IMG/VR virus record: IMGVR_UViG_2548877036_000005
Coordinates: 1-64,000 of that record
DNA from: a virus
Taxonomy: Duplodnaviria > Caudoviricetes
Strand: one strand, 5' to 3'
DNA length: 64,000 nucleotides
Position numbers and translations under genes: made by a program. Positions 47,383 through 57,410 of the stretch are shown piece by piece; positions within the stretch are counted from its first letter, which is position 1; each line of letters begins with the position of its first letter. Under the pieces are notes generated by a model that did not search any database, was not told the origin of the DNA, and saw nothing but the letters and a program-made list of their open reading frames with translations.

Positions 47383-48282
47383 ATGGGTGATCTTGACACA
47401 TTCAAGGACCCTCGGCCCGATCTGGCCCTGGCTCCTCTGAATCTCACCATCATGTTGGCGGATTTCGACAAGGCTCCGGCTACGTCGCTTGAGTCGCCCA
47501 CTGATGGTTCTCTTCTGATTCCGGTCGATTACGAGTCGATGGGTCATTTTGAGAAGAAGGCCGGTGCCACTGTCGGTATCGAGATGGACGGTAAGGACAT
47601 TGAGGCGTATGGCGAGCTTGATCCGATTCGTCGGATTATCTCCAAGCGCACCGTGACTTTGCAGGCGTCTTTCTTTGAAAACAAGGCCCGCGTGCTGGGT
47701 GTTGTGTGGACTGAGGACTTCAAGAACGTCGATCCGTCTGATTTCGGTGGCGTGCTTCTGAAGGCTCCGAAGATTCCGAAGAACATCTTCTATCGGTGCG
47801 CTCTGGTTGGCCTGGATACTCGTGGTGCCGACGATGTTTACGTTTACTGGCTGCTGCCTAAGGTGCAGCTGGATTCGGTGGAGAACATCGAACTCAATGA
47901 CGACAATGTTGTTGAGTACAAGGTGAAGCTGAAGGCTTTCGTTGACCCGGCTCTCGGGTATTCGGTGGCTCAGGGCTTCGCTGGTCCGGGTTGGCGTGCG
48001 CTGGTGGATCAGGCTGGCTTTGCGGAGGCTCTGACTGCTATTTCGTCTACTCCGTCTTCGGTGTCGGTGACTGCGGCCACTGGGGCGTCTCACACCGCTC
48101 AGCTGGTGATTCATGGCGATAACGACATCAACTACACCCCGGATTGCACGTTCGTTTCGGCTGATCCTTCTAAGGCAACCGTTTCGGCGTCCGGTTTGGT
48201 GACTGGTGTTGCTACTGGTTCTACCAATATCACGGTTTCGAAGGGTTCTCTCACGGCCACTGTCGCTGTGACTGTTACCTAG
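47383..48282 (+). CDS. Major tail protein with Ig-like domain
   Basis: G...K.AG...YG...P.R; C-terminal Big_2-like. Confidence 0.9.
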   Translation: MGDLDTFKDPRPDLALAPLNLTIMLADFDKAPATSLESPTDGSLLIPVDYESMGHFEKKAGATVGIEMDGKDIEAYGELDPIRRIISKRTVTLQASFFENKARVLGVVWTEDFKNVDPSDFGGVLLKAPKIPKNIFYRCALVGLDTRGADDVYVYWLLPKVQLDSVENIELNDDNVVEYKVKLKAFVDPALGYSVAQGFAGPGWRALVDQAGFAEALTAISSTPSSVSVTAATGASHTAQLVIHGDNDINYTPDCTFVSADPSKATVSASGLVTGVATGSTNITVSKGSLTATVAVTVT

Positions 48283-48291
48283 TTCGATCTT

Positions 48292-48328
48292 GGGGGTGGG
48301 GGCTTCTTTTTCGGGGCTCCCACCCCTC
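48292..48328 (+). terminator. Hairpin terminator after major tail gene
   Basis: GGGGGTGGGGGCTTC/GGGGCTCCCACCCCT followed by AT-rich tract. Confidence 0.6.
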
Positions 48329-48358
48329 TAATTATTTTACTTTTAGGGGAAACATTTT

Positions 48359-48661
48359 ATGGCTGCTGCACGTCGCGCTAAGGCGAATGTCGCTACTAAG
48401 TTTGATGAAATTTTGGCTTCGGCTGCCGGGCCTGAGCCTATTGTGCTGGATGGCGGCAATATTGTTGCCGAAGCACCGACTGTCGATCAACTCGAAACTT
48501 TGCAGTCCGTTGAGTCGGATGATGCGGCTCGCGAGATCATGTTCGGCGAAGATGCGGAGAAGGCTACCGCCTATTTCAAGAAGCAGCCCCCGCACGTTTG
48601 GGTTGCTTTTCTGAAGATGTATTTTGAGCATTGGCTTAATTTCGAAGATCTGGGAAAATAA
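48359..48661 (+). CDS. Tail assembly chaperone (G)
   Basis: Position; ends LGK* on GGGAAAA. Confidence 0.85.
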   Translation: MAAARRAKANVATKFDEILASAAGPEPIVLDGGNIVAEAPTVDQLETLQSVESDDAAREIMFGEDAEKATAYFKKQPPHVWVAFLKMYFEHWLNFEDLGK

Positions 48662-49131
48662 CGCAGATCGCAGAGCTGGTAAATCGTTACTGGCCTGCGA
48701 TCTCCTGGGATTTTCAAACAGTGCTTCACGTCAACCCGTTGGAGTATTTTTCTAACCCTCAGCGTCCGTGGGACCAATTTCTGATGTTCTACGGGTTCCT
48801 TGCGCAGCGCCAGGGGTCGGCTTGCCGCGCGTGGCTTATGAAGGACCCGGAGATGATCGAGGAGTTGGCGGCGATGCCAGAACCTACTGGGCCTGCCGCC
48901 GCCCCGGATCTCTTTGAATGGGACCCAGTTTTGGACAAGTTGACTGACATAGCCGACTTGTTGCAGGTGGATATTTTCCGGGATAAGGCGCGGCCCGCTA
49001 AGCGCCCCGTGTATCCGTTCATTGCGGAACGCAAACGGCGTGGGCGTAAGCGTCAGGCTGATGCTATTGAGCTGGCTCAGCAGAGGGCGCGTGAGCAGGA
49101 TGAGGCCCGCCGCAAAGCGAATGAGTCCTGA
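48652..49131 (+). CDS. Tail assembly chaperone (GT) via -1 frameshift
   Basis: Slippery GGGAAAA 48652-48658; -1 frame open to 49131. Confidence 0.85.
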   Translation, partial: GKITQIAELVNRYWPAISWDFQTVLHVNPLEYFSNPQRPWDQFLMFYGFLAQRQGSACRAWLMKDPEMIEELAAMPEPTGPAAAPDLFEWDPVLDKLTDIADLLQVDIFRDKARPAKRPVYPFIAERKRRGRKRQADAIELAQQRAREQDEARRKANES

Positions 49132-49180
49132 TTTTTTATAGCTCTTTATAACTTAATATTGTCTTTTACGGGGGTTATTC

Positions 49181-52100
49181 GTGGCTGAATTTGTTGCCGC
49201 ACAAGCTGCGGTACTCATGGTGCCCTCAATTAAGGGTTTTCACTCTAAGTTGAAAGCCGCCTTGGATACGGTGCGTCAAGACTTGACTATTCAGGTCAAG
49301 GCGCAAACCAAGGAAATGTTGGCTGAAATTCAGGCTGCCAAGAAGGCAGCCGAGGCCAACGCTATAGATTTACGTGTCAAGGTTCATGACAAAGAGTACA
49401 TAAAGCAGATCACCGAGATTCGCCACAAGTACGAGAATCTTCAATCACAGTTCGTTAAGGGTTTGAAGCTTAACGTGGTGGTCACGGGTGCGCAGCTGAT
49501 TCCGCAGCTGGCGGTGGCTGTCGCAGCTCTGAATGAGTCGATTGTTTCGCTGTCGCAGAATGCACTACTGCTGCCGGGCGTGTTCTCTGCTGCTGCCGCT
49601 TCTATCGGCACTCTGCTGCTGGGTACGCGTGGACTGAAGGACGCCTTCACGGCATATGGGGAGGCGCAGAAGTCGGCAGTTGATGATGCCCGCCGTCTGC
49701 GTGACGCTCAGAGGGCTGTAACAGACGCGAACCGTGACTATGCGCGGGCGTTGAAGGATTCGCAGCGGAACCTTCGCGACCTGAATTTGGAGATGAAGGG
49801 TGCCCGCCTCTCGGAGGCAGAGGCGATCCTTAATGTCCGAGAGGCCGAGGAGGAGGCCCGTAAGGCTTACGGGAAGTCGGCGCTGGACCGCCAGCGCGAC
49901 ATTCTGCGGGTACAGCAGGCCGAACAGCGGCTAGCTGAAGTTCGTAACCGTAATGCCGACCTGGCACAGGACACTGCCGAAGCGAACGCTAAGGGTGTCT
50001 TGGGCGCCGACAATGTGGCGTCCGCTATCGACCGCCTAACGAACGCCAACGAGAAGCTTAAAGACTCATCAAAGGGCAATCAGGGCATCGCTACGGCGAT
50101 GGCGAACCTGTCGCCTAACGCCCGCTCATTTGTTGCTGCGGTGCAGGAGCTACGCGGCACGTACGGCGGGTTGCGGTCCGACATTCAGGACCGCATATTC
50201 GCGGATCTTGATCATGATGTTGTTGCTCTTGCAGGCAGGTCACTGCCAATGCTGCGGCGCGGTTTGGGCGGTATCGGTGATGCCTGGAACCGAAACATTC
50301 GCACCTTGTTGTCCGAGTTGGGGACCGGCTCCAATCAGGGGTTGGTGAGCCGGATTCTCGGTAACACCGGGGAGGCGCAGTCGCGGCTATCGAATGCGAT
50401 CAGGCCGTTCCTGAATGCTTTCCTGCAACTCGGCGCAGTCGGATCTGATGTTTTGCCGAGGCTGTCCACCGGATTCACGCAGTTGATGAACCGCTTTGAT
50501 GCGTTCGTTCGCCGGTCCGAGGAATCCGGCAAGCTCGATGAGTGGATCAACCGGGCTATTGAGGCGGCGAAGGACTTCGGTAACTCGCTTCTCAATATCG
50601 GTTCGATCATGAACTCGCTTACCGAAATCTTTCTCGATGGCGGCGGTAAGGGATTTTTGCAGTGGTTCCAGGAAGCTACCAAGCGTACAGCTGATTATTT
50701 GAAGACGGCTGCTGGCCAGGAGAGGGTTAACCAGTTCTTCCGGGATGCGCGCGATGTTCTGCGGGAGTTCCGGCCACTACTGTCCGCGTTGCCTGATTTG
50801 TTCCGGGCCGCTAAGGACGGCGCCCAGCTGTGGGCGTCTATCTTGTTGCCGTTCCTGAATGCTGCCGGAACTTTGTTGTCTAGGCATCCCGGATTGGTTA
50901 CCGCAGCTGTTACCGCGTATTTGGGTTTCAGGACGGTAGCGCCGATTCTGAAGGTTATTAATGCTGGCCTGGATGTTATGGTCGCTCGCCTTAATGCCCA
51001 GAGAATTGCGGCGGGGCAGGCCGCATTGCAGACCGGGGCGTTCAATTCGCGGATGACCGCGCTGAACGGCATGGTTGGCGGCGCGGCTGGCGGTGTCATC
51101 GGTGTCGGTTTGGCTGCTGTGGCCAGCATTCTCACGTACAAGTACATCCAGGCGCAGGAGCGTGCCGCTGGCGCTGTCCAGGACCACGTTAATTCGGTCA
51201 ATCAGCTTAAGGCTGCGCTGGATGATGTTACCGGCGTCATGGATAAGGCTGGCTTGGCTCAGCTCGGTAAGGAGCTTACCGACTATTCGTCTAGTGGTGG
51301 CGCTGGTCAAAAGCTTGACCATGTGAATGCGTTACAGCTGGCCGAAAAGGGCGGCGTGGATCGTGGCGCCTACCTAAATTCGTTTGTTGGCGAGAATAGT
51401 AAACTTCGCGGCGACACCCTTAAGAAGATGGACGATATTGTCCAAAACGATTTGGTGGCCAATGAGTGGTGGCAGAAGTACGGCCACTTCTTTAAGGAAG
51501 CGGGTATACCGCCTGACTTGATTGCCCGCGCCTTGAATGGTGATCAAGGTGCGATGCGGGAATTCGAGCAGAAGGCAAAGAATGGTAACCCGTTCACTCA
51601 GACGAATACGGATCTGTTTCAGCTTCAGAATAAGCTTGGCCAGCAGGCGCATGACGCGTCTACGGCTGCCGGTATCTTGCGTGAGCGTACTGATACTGGT
51701 CTTGGTGTTGCTGATGATTTCCGGAAAACCAATGAGGCGCTAAATGGCAAGGCGACGCTTGATCAGCGCGGTCTAGATCGTTTCAACGCTTTCGGTAATC
51801 CCCGCGCGTCCGCGTCGCCTGACGGCGGCATGGACATCGTTGTGGATCGGATGCCGGATGCGCCGTTTGTGGCGAATGTCCGCAAGAACGGCGGCGATGT
51901 CAAGGAGACTGCTGGCGGCGGCGCTCAGATCCATCTTCCTCCCGATAGGGCGCGACTGTATGGGGCGGTGACCCCGCCTGTGCGTCGCGCTGGCGGCGGA
52001 ATGATGTCTGGGCCTGGTTCTGGCACTTCGGATTCGATCCTTGCGCGGCTGTCGAACGGCGAGTTCGTCACGAAGGCCGCATCTGTCGCCAAATACGGTC

Positions 52101-54157
52101 CGGATCTGTTCCACGCATTGAATGCGGGGCAGATCGATCCGAGTCTGCTGCCTGGTTTTGATGAGGGTGGCCCCGTGTTCGTGGGGCCGAAGAACCCTTA
52201 CCCGTATACGCCTCCTAGCCATGTGGAAGCGCCGAGTATTCCGAATGCTGCTAATCCGGGGTTGTTTGATCCTGCGACCGGCACGTATTCGAATGCGCCG
52301 ACTCCGGCTCCCGCCCCTGCCCCTTCCCCGAATAGCCCGATTGATACTGCCCGTTTGACGGGGGGTACTTCAACGCATTCGGGTTCGGGTGCTGCCCCGG
52401 GGCCTGATCCGTCAACGATCCTGCCTGAGATTCCTGCGTACGCGCCGGAGATTGCGCAGGATATTGCGCCTCAGGGCTTCGGGTTCGGGATGATCAATGG
52501 TTTGCCAGACAACATTCAGCCGGTGAACATTCTCGCTCAAATCGGCGAGATCCTGTTGGGTGCGGTGTTGTCGTTCTTCGGTATCGACCCAACCTATTTC
52601 AACCTTGGTAAGCAAGCTGTGCAGGGTGTCGCTAAGCAGATGAACCTGTTTGGCGGTGGGGCTCGGGACCCGCAGGTAGATGAGTTGCTGAAACCGGGGG
52701 CGTTGCCGTCCAACGTGGCGAATAAGTCGCCGCTGTCGCCAGAGAACCCAATCTATGACGGTTTGGGTTCCGGATCGATGCAGGCTATTGAGTTCGCTCA
52801 GCAGCATGCGTTGGGGCAGAAGTATGTCTACGGCGGTGTCGGGAACTTCGACGGCAAGGGCGTAGACGGCTATGACTGTTCCGGTATCGCCTCGGCGCTC
52901 TACGCGGCTGCGACTGGTAAGCCGCAGGGGACAAGGTATTTCACTACCGAATCTGATTTTGAGAAGTTGGGCTTCATTCCCGGCAACAAGCCGGGTGCGT
53001 TGAACATCGGCGTCATGCGCGGTGGCGGTGGGCCGAACTCCCACATGGCAGTGACCCTGCCTAACGGGGTGAATGTTGAATCCGGTGGTTCACACAATTC
53101 TACAGCGTATGGTGGCCCCGCCAGAGGAGCGTCTACGTTCCCGTTGCAGTGGTATTTGCCACTTCCTGAGAATTTTGCTACAGGCGGGAAGATTCACGGC
53201 CCCGGTTCGGGTACTTCCGATTCCATCCTTGCCCGCGTATCTAACGGCGAGTTCGTTACCCGTGCGGCTTCGGTCGCCAAATATGGTCCGGATCTATTCC
53301 ACGCCCTGAATGAGGGGCGGATTGATCCTTCGTTCCTGCCTGGTTTCGATAGTGGCGGCATTATCGACATTCCTGGTTTGCCTACGCCGACGCCTGATCC
53401 TCAGGCGCAGGGGCCGATGGAGGTCTCAGAACCTCTGCCGACACCTGAGCCGATGGTTGAGGCTCCTGGCGCTGCGCCTGCACCGTCAACTGTGGGCGGG
53501 CCGACTGAAGGCCAGCAGGCGCCTGCTCCGATGCCTACGGAGCTTCCTGCGCCTGATGCGGGGGCGGCTGCCCAGACGGAGGCCGCAACGGATTCTGTCG
53601 GTAAGGCGATGACCGGTATCGGTGGCGCCTTGAAGGGTGTCGGCGGTTCGGTGGCGCCTGGCGCTAAGGGGCCGACTGGGGCTAGCCCTGAGAAGGACCC
53701 GCGTTCTGTGTTGGGTGCTGCTCCGAAGAATCAGAACCACAATGCGCCTGCGGTGCAGAAGGGTATCGAGGGTGCTGCGTCTGCGATTGGTGGGGCGCTT
53801 TCGACTGCTATTTCTGCTGCGGCGTCGGCTGGCTCGTTTGGTGCCGCCGGTCCTGCTGCTGGTGCGGCGGGGTCTATGGCTGCTGCGGGTGTGCAGATGG
53901 CCGGTCAGGCTGTCGCTGGCGGCGTGAACGTTCTGTCTTCGTTGCTTGTTGGCACGTTGACGGGCGGTTCTACGGCGAATGCGTCGGGTACTCCGATGCT
54001 GCCGAAGGAAGGCGCTCAGCCAGGTCAGCGTGGACCGATGATTCAGAACGTATTCAACGGCGGTGTTCATACATCGAATTTGGACCAGTGGAATCAGAAT
54101 CAGCAGCGTAGGGAACAGCAGCAGGTGGCGGCTTATCAAGGTACGCCCGTGCGCTGA
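49181..54157 (+). CDS. Tape measure protein with NlpC/P60-like peptidase domain
   Basis: 1658 aa; YVYGG...DCSG...HM flanked by two GPGSGTSDSI.A..SNGEFV repeats. Confidence 0.93.
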   Translation: MAEFVAAQAAVLMVPSIKGFHSKLKAALDTVRQDLTIQVKAQTKEMLAEIQAAKKAAEANAIDLRVKVHDKEYIKQITEIRHKYENLQSQFVKGLKLNVVVTGAQLIPQLAVAVAALNESIVSLSQNALLLPGVFSAAAASIGTLLLGTRGLKDAFTAYGEAQKSAVDDARRLRDAQRAVTDANRDYARALKDSQRNLRDLNLEMKGARLSEAEAILNVREAEEEARKAYGKSALDRQRDILRVQQAEQRLAEVRNRNADLAQDTAEANAKGVLGADNVASAIDRLTNANEKLKDSSKGNQGIATAMANLSPNARSFVAAVQELRGTYGGLRSDIQDRIFADLDHDVVALAGRSLPMLRRGLGGIGDAWNRNIRTLLSELGTGSNQGLVSRILGNTGEAQSRLSNAIRPFLNAFLQLGAVGSDVLPRLSTGFTQLMNRFDAFVRRSEESGKLDEWINRAIEAAKDFGNSLLNIGSIMNSLTEIFLDGGGKGFLQWFQEATKRTADYLKTAAGQERVNQFFRDARDVLREFRPLLSALPDLFRAAKDGAQLWASILLPFLNAAGTLLSRHPGLVTAAVTAYLGFRTVAPILKVINAGLDVMVARLNAQRIAAGQAALQTGAFNSRMTALNGMVGGAAGGVIGVGLAAVASILTYKYIQAQERAAGAVQDHVNSVNQLKAALDDVTGVMDKAGLAQLGKELTDYSSSGGAGQKLDHVNALQLAEKGGVDRGAYLNSFVGENSKLRGDTLKKMDDIVQNDLVANEWWQKYGHFFKEAGIPPDLIARALNGDQGAMREFEQKAKNGNPFTQTNTDLFQLQNKLGQQAHDASTAAGILRERTDTGLGVADDFRKTNEALNGKATLDQRGLDRFNAFGNPRASASPDGGMDIVVDRMPDAPFVANVRKNGGDVKETAGGGAQIHLPPDRARLYGAVTPPVRRAGGGMMSGPGSGTSDSILARLSNGEFVTKAASVAKYGPDLFHALNAGQIDPSLLPGFDEGGPVFVGPKNPYPYTPPSHVEAPSIPNAANPGLFDPATGTYSNAPTPAPAPAPSPNSPIDTARLTGGTSTHSGSGAAPGPDPSTILPEIPAYAPEIAQDIAPQGFGFGMINGLPDNIQPVNILAQIGEILLGAVLSFFGIDPTYFNLGKQAVQGVAKQMNLFGGGARDPQVDELLKPGALPSNVANKSPLSPENPIYDGLGSGSMQAIEFAQQHALGQKYVYGGVGNFDGKGVDGYDCSGIASALYAAATGKPQGTRYFTTESDFEKLGFIPGNKPGALNIGVMRGGGGPNSHMAVTLPNGVNVESGGSHNSTAYGGPARGASTFPLQWYLPLPENFATGGKIHGPGSGTSDSILARVSNGEFVTRAASVAKYGPDLFHALNEGRIDPSFLPGFDSGGIIDIPGLPTPTPDPQAQGPMEVSEPLPTPEPMVEAPGAAPAPSTVGGPTEGQQAPAPMPTELPAPDAGAAAQTEAATDSVGKAMTGIGGALKGVGGSVAPGAKGPTGASPEKDPRSVLGAAPKNQNHNAPAVQKGIEGAASAIGGALSTAISAAASAGSFGAAGPAAGAAGSMAAAGVQMAGQAVAGGVNVLSSLLVGTLTGGSTANASGTPMLPKEGAQPGQRGPMIQNVFNGGVHTSNLDQWNQNQQRREQQQVAAYQGTPVR

Positions 54158-54246
54158 CAATTGAATATAGATGTTCGGGAAAACCCGGTGTTCTGCTGGC
54201 TGCGGAATTGCCGGGTTTCCTGAACGTTGGGGGGACAACTGAATAA

Positions 54247-55143
54247 ATGCCCGCGATTGAGTATTTCGACAATCTCAAGATAGAGATTGTGGGGCGGGAC
54301 GGCTCATATTGGTGTGTGTCTGGCCCCGGCATGGCGGAACAGGGCGTGTTTATGCTGCCGAATCCGCAAGGTATTTACGACGCCGAGTTTAAGACCTTGT
54401 TTGTTCCTGGCCCGTTTGGTGACGAGTATGTCGGTAAACGCAGCCAGAAAAGGGAAATGATCATCCCTCTGTACGTGTATGCGGATGATCCGCATACGTG
54501 GCGCACTATTGATGCGCAACTTCGGTGGGCTTTCGACTATGACGAATTGGCCACTATATATGTGACGACTGCTGACGGTACCCGATGGTTGAGGGTCCGG
54601 ATGCAGGAGGCGCCGAAGTACACGTACGAAAAAGATCCGCATTTACTTTCGGAGAATCCGGTTGTTTATACGTTTGCAGCCGAGTTTCCGTTTTGGCAGG
54701 ACGATCCTGTCGAGACGGTGTGGGAAACACTTAATACGCAGGATCTGCACCGTTTTCATGTGGAGAATCCGGGCGATATCCCGGTGTGGTTGAAGTGGAC
54801 TTTAACCGATAGAGCGTTGTGGACGTTGCCTGATTTTTCGTGGGGCAATGACATGTATTCGCGGGGTGAGCAGGACTGTGGCCGCACCATTCCGCTACCG
54901 GAGTTGAAGGCGGGCGAGGACATTGAAGTCGATTCCGATCCTCGGGTTCAGACGATTATCGCCGCGAACTCTTCCCCTGTTCAGCACCGATGGAAGGGCA
55001 ATGACCTTCTGTATCCGCTGATGCCGGGTAAGCATGGCGAGATCCCGGTTCAGGTGAAGAACGCCGAGTTCGGTGGGGCGTTGAAGCTGACGGTGCCGCG
55101 TTGGTTCAGTCGCCCGTGGTCGCATCCGTGGGCGATTCTGTGA
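54247..55143 (+). CDS. Minor tail protein (Dit-like)
   Basis: Follows TMP; NPGDIPVW.KW. Confidence 0.85.
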   Translation: MPAIEYFDNLKIEIVGRDGSYWCVSGPGMAEQGVFMLPNPQGIYDAEFKTLFVPGPFGDEYVGKRSQKREMIIPLYVYADDPHTWRTIDAQLRWAFDYDELATIYVTTADGTRWLRVRMQEAPKYTYEKDPHLLSENPVVYTFAAEFPFWQDDPVETVWETLNTQDLHRFHVENPGDIPVWLKWTLTDRALWTLPDFSWGNDMYSRGEQDCGRTIPLPELKAGEDIEVDSDPRVQTIIAANSSPVQHRWKGNDLLYPLMPGKHGEIPVQVKNAEFGGALKLTVPRWFSRPWSHPWAIL

Positions 55144-56861
55144 CCGCCGTACAGGACCGGCTGAACGCTATCAGCCGGAGAACTGACGCCGTGCGCGCCG
55201 AACACAAGTCGTTACGTCGCGCAAAGCCAGAAATCTATCTGTACATGAATGACCCTACGGGGAATCAGCAGGCAATTTGTGTCGGCCATATCGACTACGA
55301 CACCACTTTGAAGGGGTCGTTCCCGTTCAAGAACAATACCCCAACTCAGGGGATTCTTGAGTTGCCTGATGACCATTTCATGGCGATTTGGTTGAAGGCG
55401 CTGCCTAATGATCCGGAGCTGAAAAAGAACGTCCTTATCAGGGTGGACTTTTATGGTGGACGGAAACGGTGGACCGGGCTGCTGGATAAGTGGACGATCA
55501 AGTCCAAGGGTGGGGTTAAGTATTTAGAGGTCACGTTCGATGATGACCTGAAATTCCTGCAATACCTCCTCTGCCCGCCGAATCCTTTGCTGCCCATACC
55601 AATTTTCCAGTTCCCACGCATTTTCGGAATAGCTGGACCGGCAAAATGGTGTATTTCCATGATAATTCTTATCAACCTAATTCGGGTTGAGGGGAACCTG
55701 TGGACTTTACCGGATGATCCGTTCGATATAAACAGTTGGGTTGGTGGGTTCAACTGGAATACGTGGCAATGCTTCATTAGGTGCAAGTCTTTCCTCTTGG
55801 ACGATTCGTCACTGTGGACTTTCTTGGCGTCCCGAATGAATCCAATTGACTCGGTTATCGCGGATTCGCTGGATGATGCGCAGCTGACTTTGACGTATCG
55901 CCGCATTTTCACCGACGACGACGAGTTCGGCGATGTTCCTGGTGTGTCGGCTATGCGGAACGGCGCTCTCGTGCTTGAGGTCGTGGATAACTCGGATGCT
56001 CACGCGCTGGGCGGCACGTTCCTTGAGGGCACCATCGTTGATGGCTTCGCGCGTTCGGTTGCCGTTTACGGCGGCGGGTTCATTGAGGACTCGTGGAACA
56101 TGGTTGACGACTCCGAAACGTTGCAGCCTGACGAGTACTACCAATCGGGCTGGTTGGCGTCTATGGCTAAGCAGCCGTGGCTGGTGGTCCGAGATTCTGA
56201 ATGGACACCGATTGAGTCGGGGGATTTATCGTGGGGGCCTGCAAAGAATGCCTCCGTGGTGGTGGGTGGCGATAACCCTGCCGCTGACGCTATAGCGAAA
56301 CTAGTCATCGAAACCACGGGGAATCTGCTTGGCTACTTTTTGTTGGCTGGTTTCTCATCTGCGGGCACTATTGCGGCGGACATCATTATGCCGTTCATTG
56401 TTGGCACCATTGCGGCGTGGCTGCATTGGAAGAACACTGGGCGTGCCACGAAGCTGGGTTGGATTCACTACTGGGAGCTGTACCAGCAGGGCGCCGAGAA
56501 TAACGCTTGGTCGTTGTCTGCGCTGGCTGCGCTGCGGGGCGGTTTCTTGGCAGGTAGGGCCGAGACAACTCATTTGTTGGCTATGCATGATTCGTGGGTG
56601 ATCCCCGGTTTGCATATCGATATCGGGCAGCGCATGGGCTCCACCGTCAATTCTAAGGGCGTCGAGTCGATTATTTGGGTTAACCAATTGGAGGAGATGA
56701 ATCCTTCGTGGGATCACTCTGATTCTTTGCAGCCGTTGTCTTGGGTTTTGAAGGCCGGTAAGTCGGAGCGGGCTATGTCTCTGGGGGAGAGGTCCGCGCG
56801 GTTGGCGAAGAAATTGACGGAAGCCACCAGGAATGTTGGTTTCCAGTTGATTGCGGCTTAG
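55140..56861 (+). CDS. Minor tail/baseplate protein
   Basis: NPLLP...QFPR, mycobacteriophage minor tail motifs. Confidence 0.85.
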   Translation: MTAVQDRLNAISRRTDAVRAEHKSLRRAKPEIYLYMNDPTGNQQAICVGHIDYDTTLKGSFPFKNNTPTQGILELPDDHFMAIWLKALPNDPELKKNVLIRVDFYGGRKRWTGLLDKWTIKSKGGVKYLEVTFDDDLKFLQYLLCPPNPLLPIPIFQFPRIFGIAGPAKWCISMIILINLIRVEGNLWTLPDDPFDINSWVGGFNWNTWQCFIRCKSFLLDDSSLWTFLASRMNPIDSVIADSLDDAQLTLTYRRIFTDDDEFGDVPGVSAMRNGALVLEVVDNSDAHALGGTFLEGTIVDGFARSVAVYGGGFIEDSWNMVDDSETLQPDEYYQSGWLASMAKQPWLVVRDSEWTPIESGDLSWGPAKNASVVVGGDNPAADAIAKLVIETTGNLLGYFLLAGFSSAGTIAADIIMPFIVGTIAAWLHWKNTGRATKLGWIHYWELYQQGAENNAWSLSALAALRGGFLAGRAETTHLLAMHDSWVIPGLHIDIGQRMGSTVNSKGVESIIWVNQLEEMNPSWDHSDSLQPLSWVLKAGKSERAMSLGERSARLAKKLTEATRNVGFQLIAA

Positions 56862-56942
56862 TTCAGTTTTCTCTGCTGTTCAGATTTTCTGAACAGTGGG
56901 GTGGATTGAACACGCGTTTTTATTAATGGGGGAATTAAAGAA

Positions 56943-57410
56943 TTGTTGTCACAGGACGATTGTGATCCGGATGACCCGCGTACGGCTTTTGCGTGGATGT
57001 TCGCGGGAGGTATCCCGGACCCGCGTGAGACGGGTACCGAGAAGCGATTCCATAATCAGCCGCTCATTCCGCCGCAGTGCTTTGAGGCTGTGTCGCAAAT
57101 GTTGTGGGATTTCGGGTGCCGGTTCCATCCAGACTTGCAAACCAAGTGGATTAAGGCCGGGAATGGTCCTCTCAAGAATTTCGAGGTGTGGGACACCGTT
57201 ACTGAGCGTCCTGTGGATATTTCGGGGGATGCGGCGGCGATGCTCGCTGATATTGCGCCCGATGTGGCTGCCGAGATTGATGCGGCTGCGCAGTCCCCTG
57301 AGAAGCACGCGGAGGCGCTGAAGAAGTTTGAGAAGCAATTCCAAAGCTCTTTGGCCCGTCTAGAAGCGGCTCGTCAGCGCATGGAGGGGAAGGGGGGTGA
57401 TTCGTCATGA
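56943..57410 (+). CDS. Minor tail protein (DUF2744-like)
   Basis: QDDCDPDDP..AFAW...S..LWDFGCRFHP. Confidence 0.75.
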   Translation: MLSQDDCDPDDPRTAFAWMFAGGIPDPRETGTEKRFHNQPLIPPQCFEAVSQMLWDFGCRFHPDLQTKWIKAGNGPLKNFEVWDTVTERPVDISGDAAAMLADIAPDVAAEIDAAAQSPEKHAEALKKFEKQFQSSLARLEAARQRMEGKGGDSS

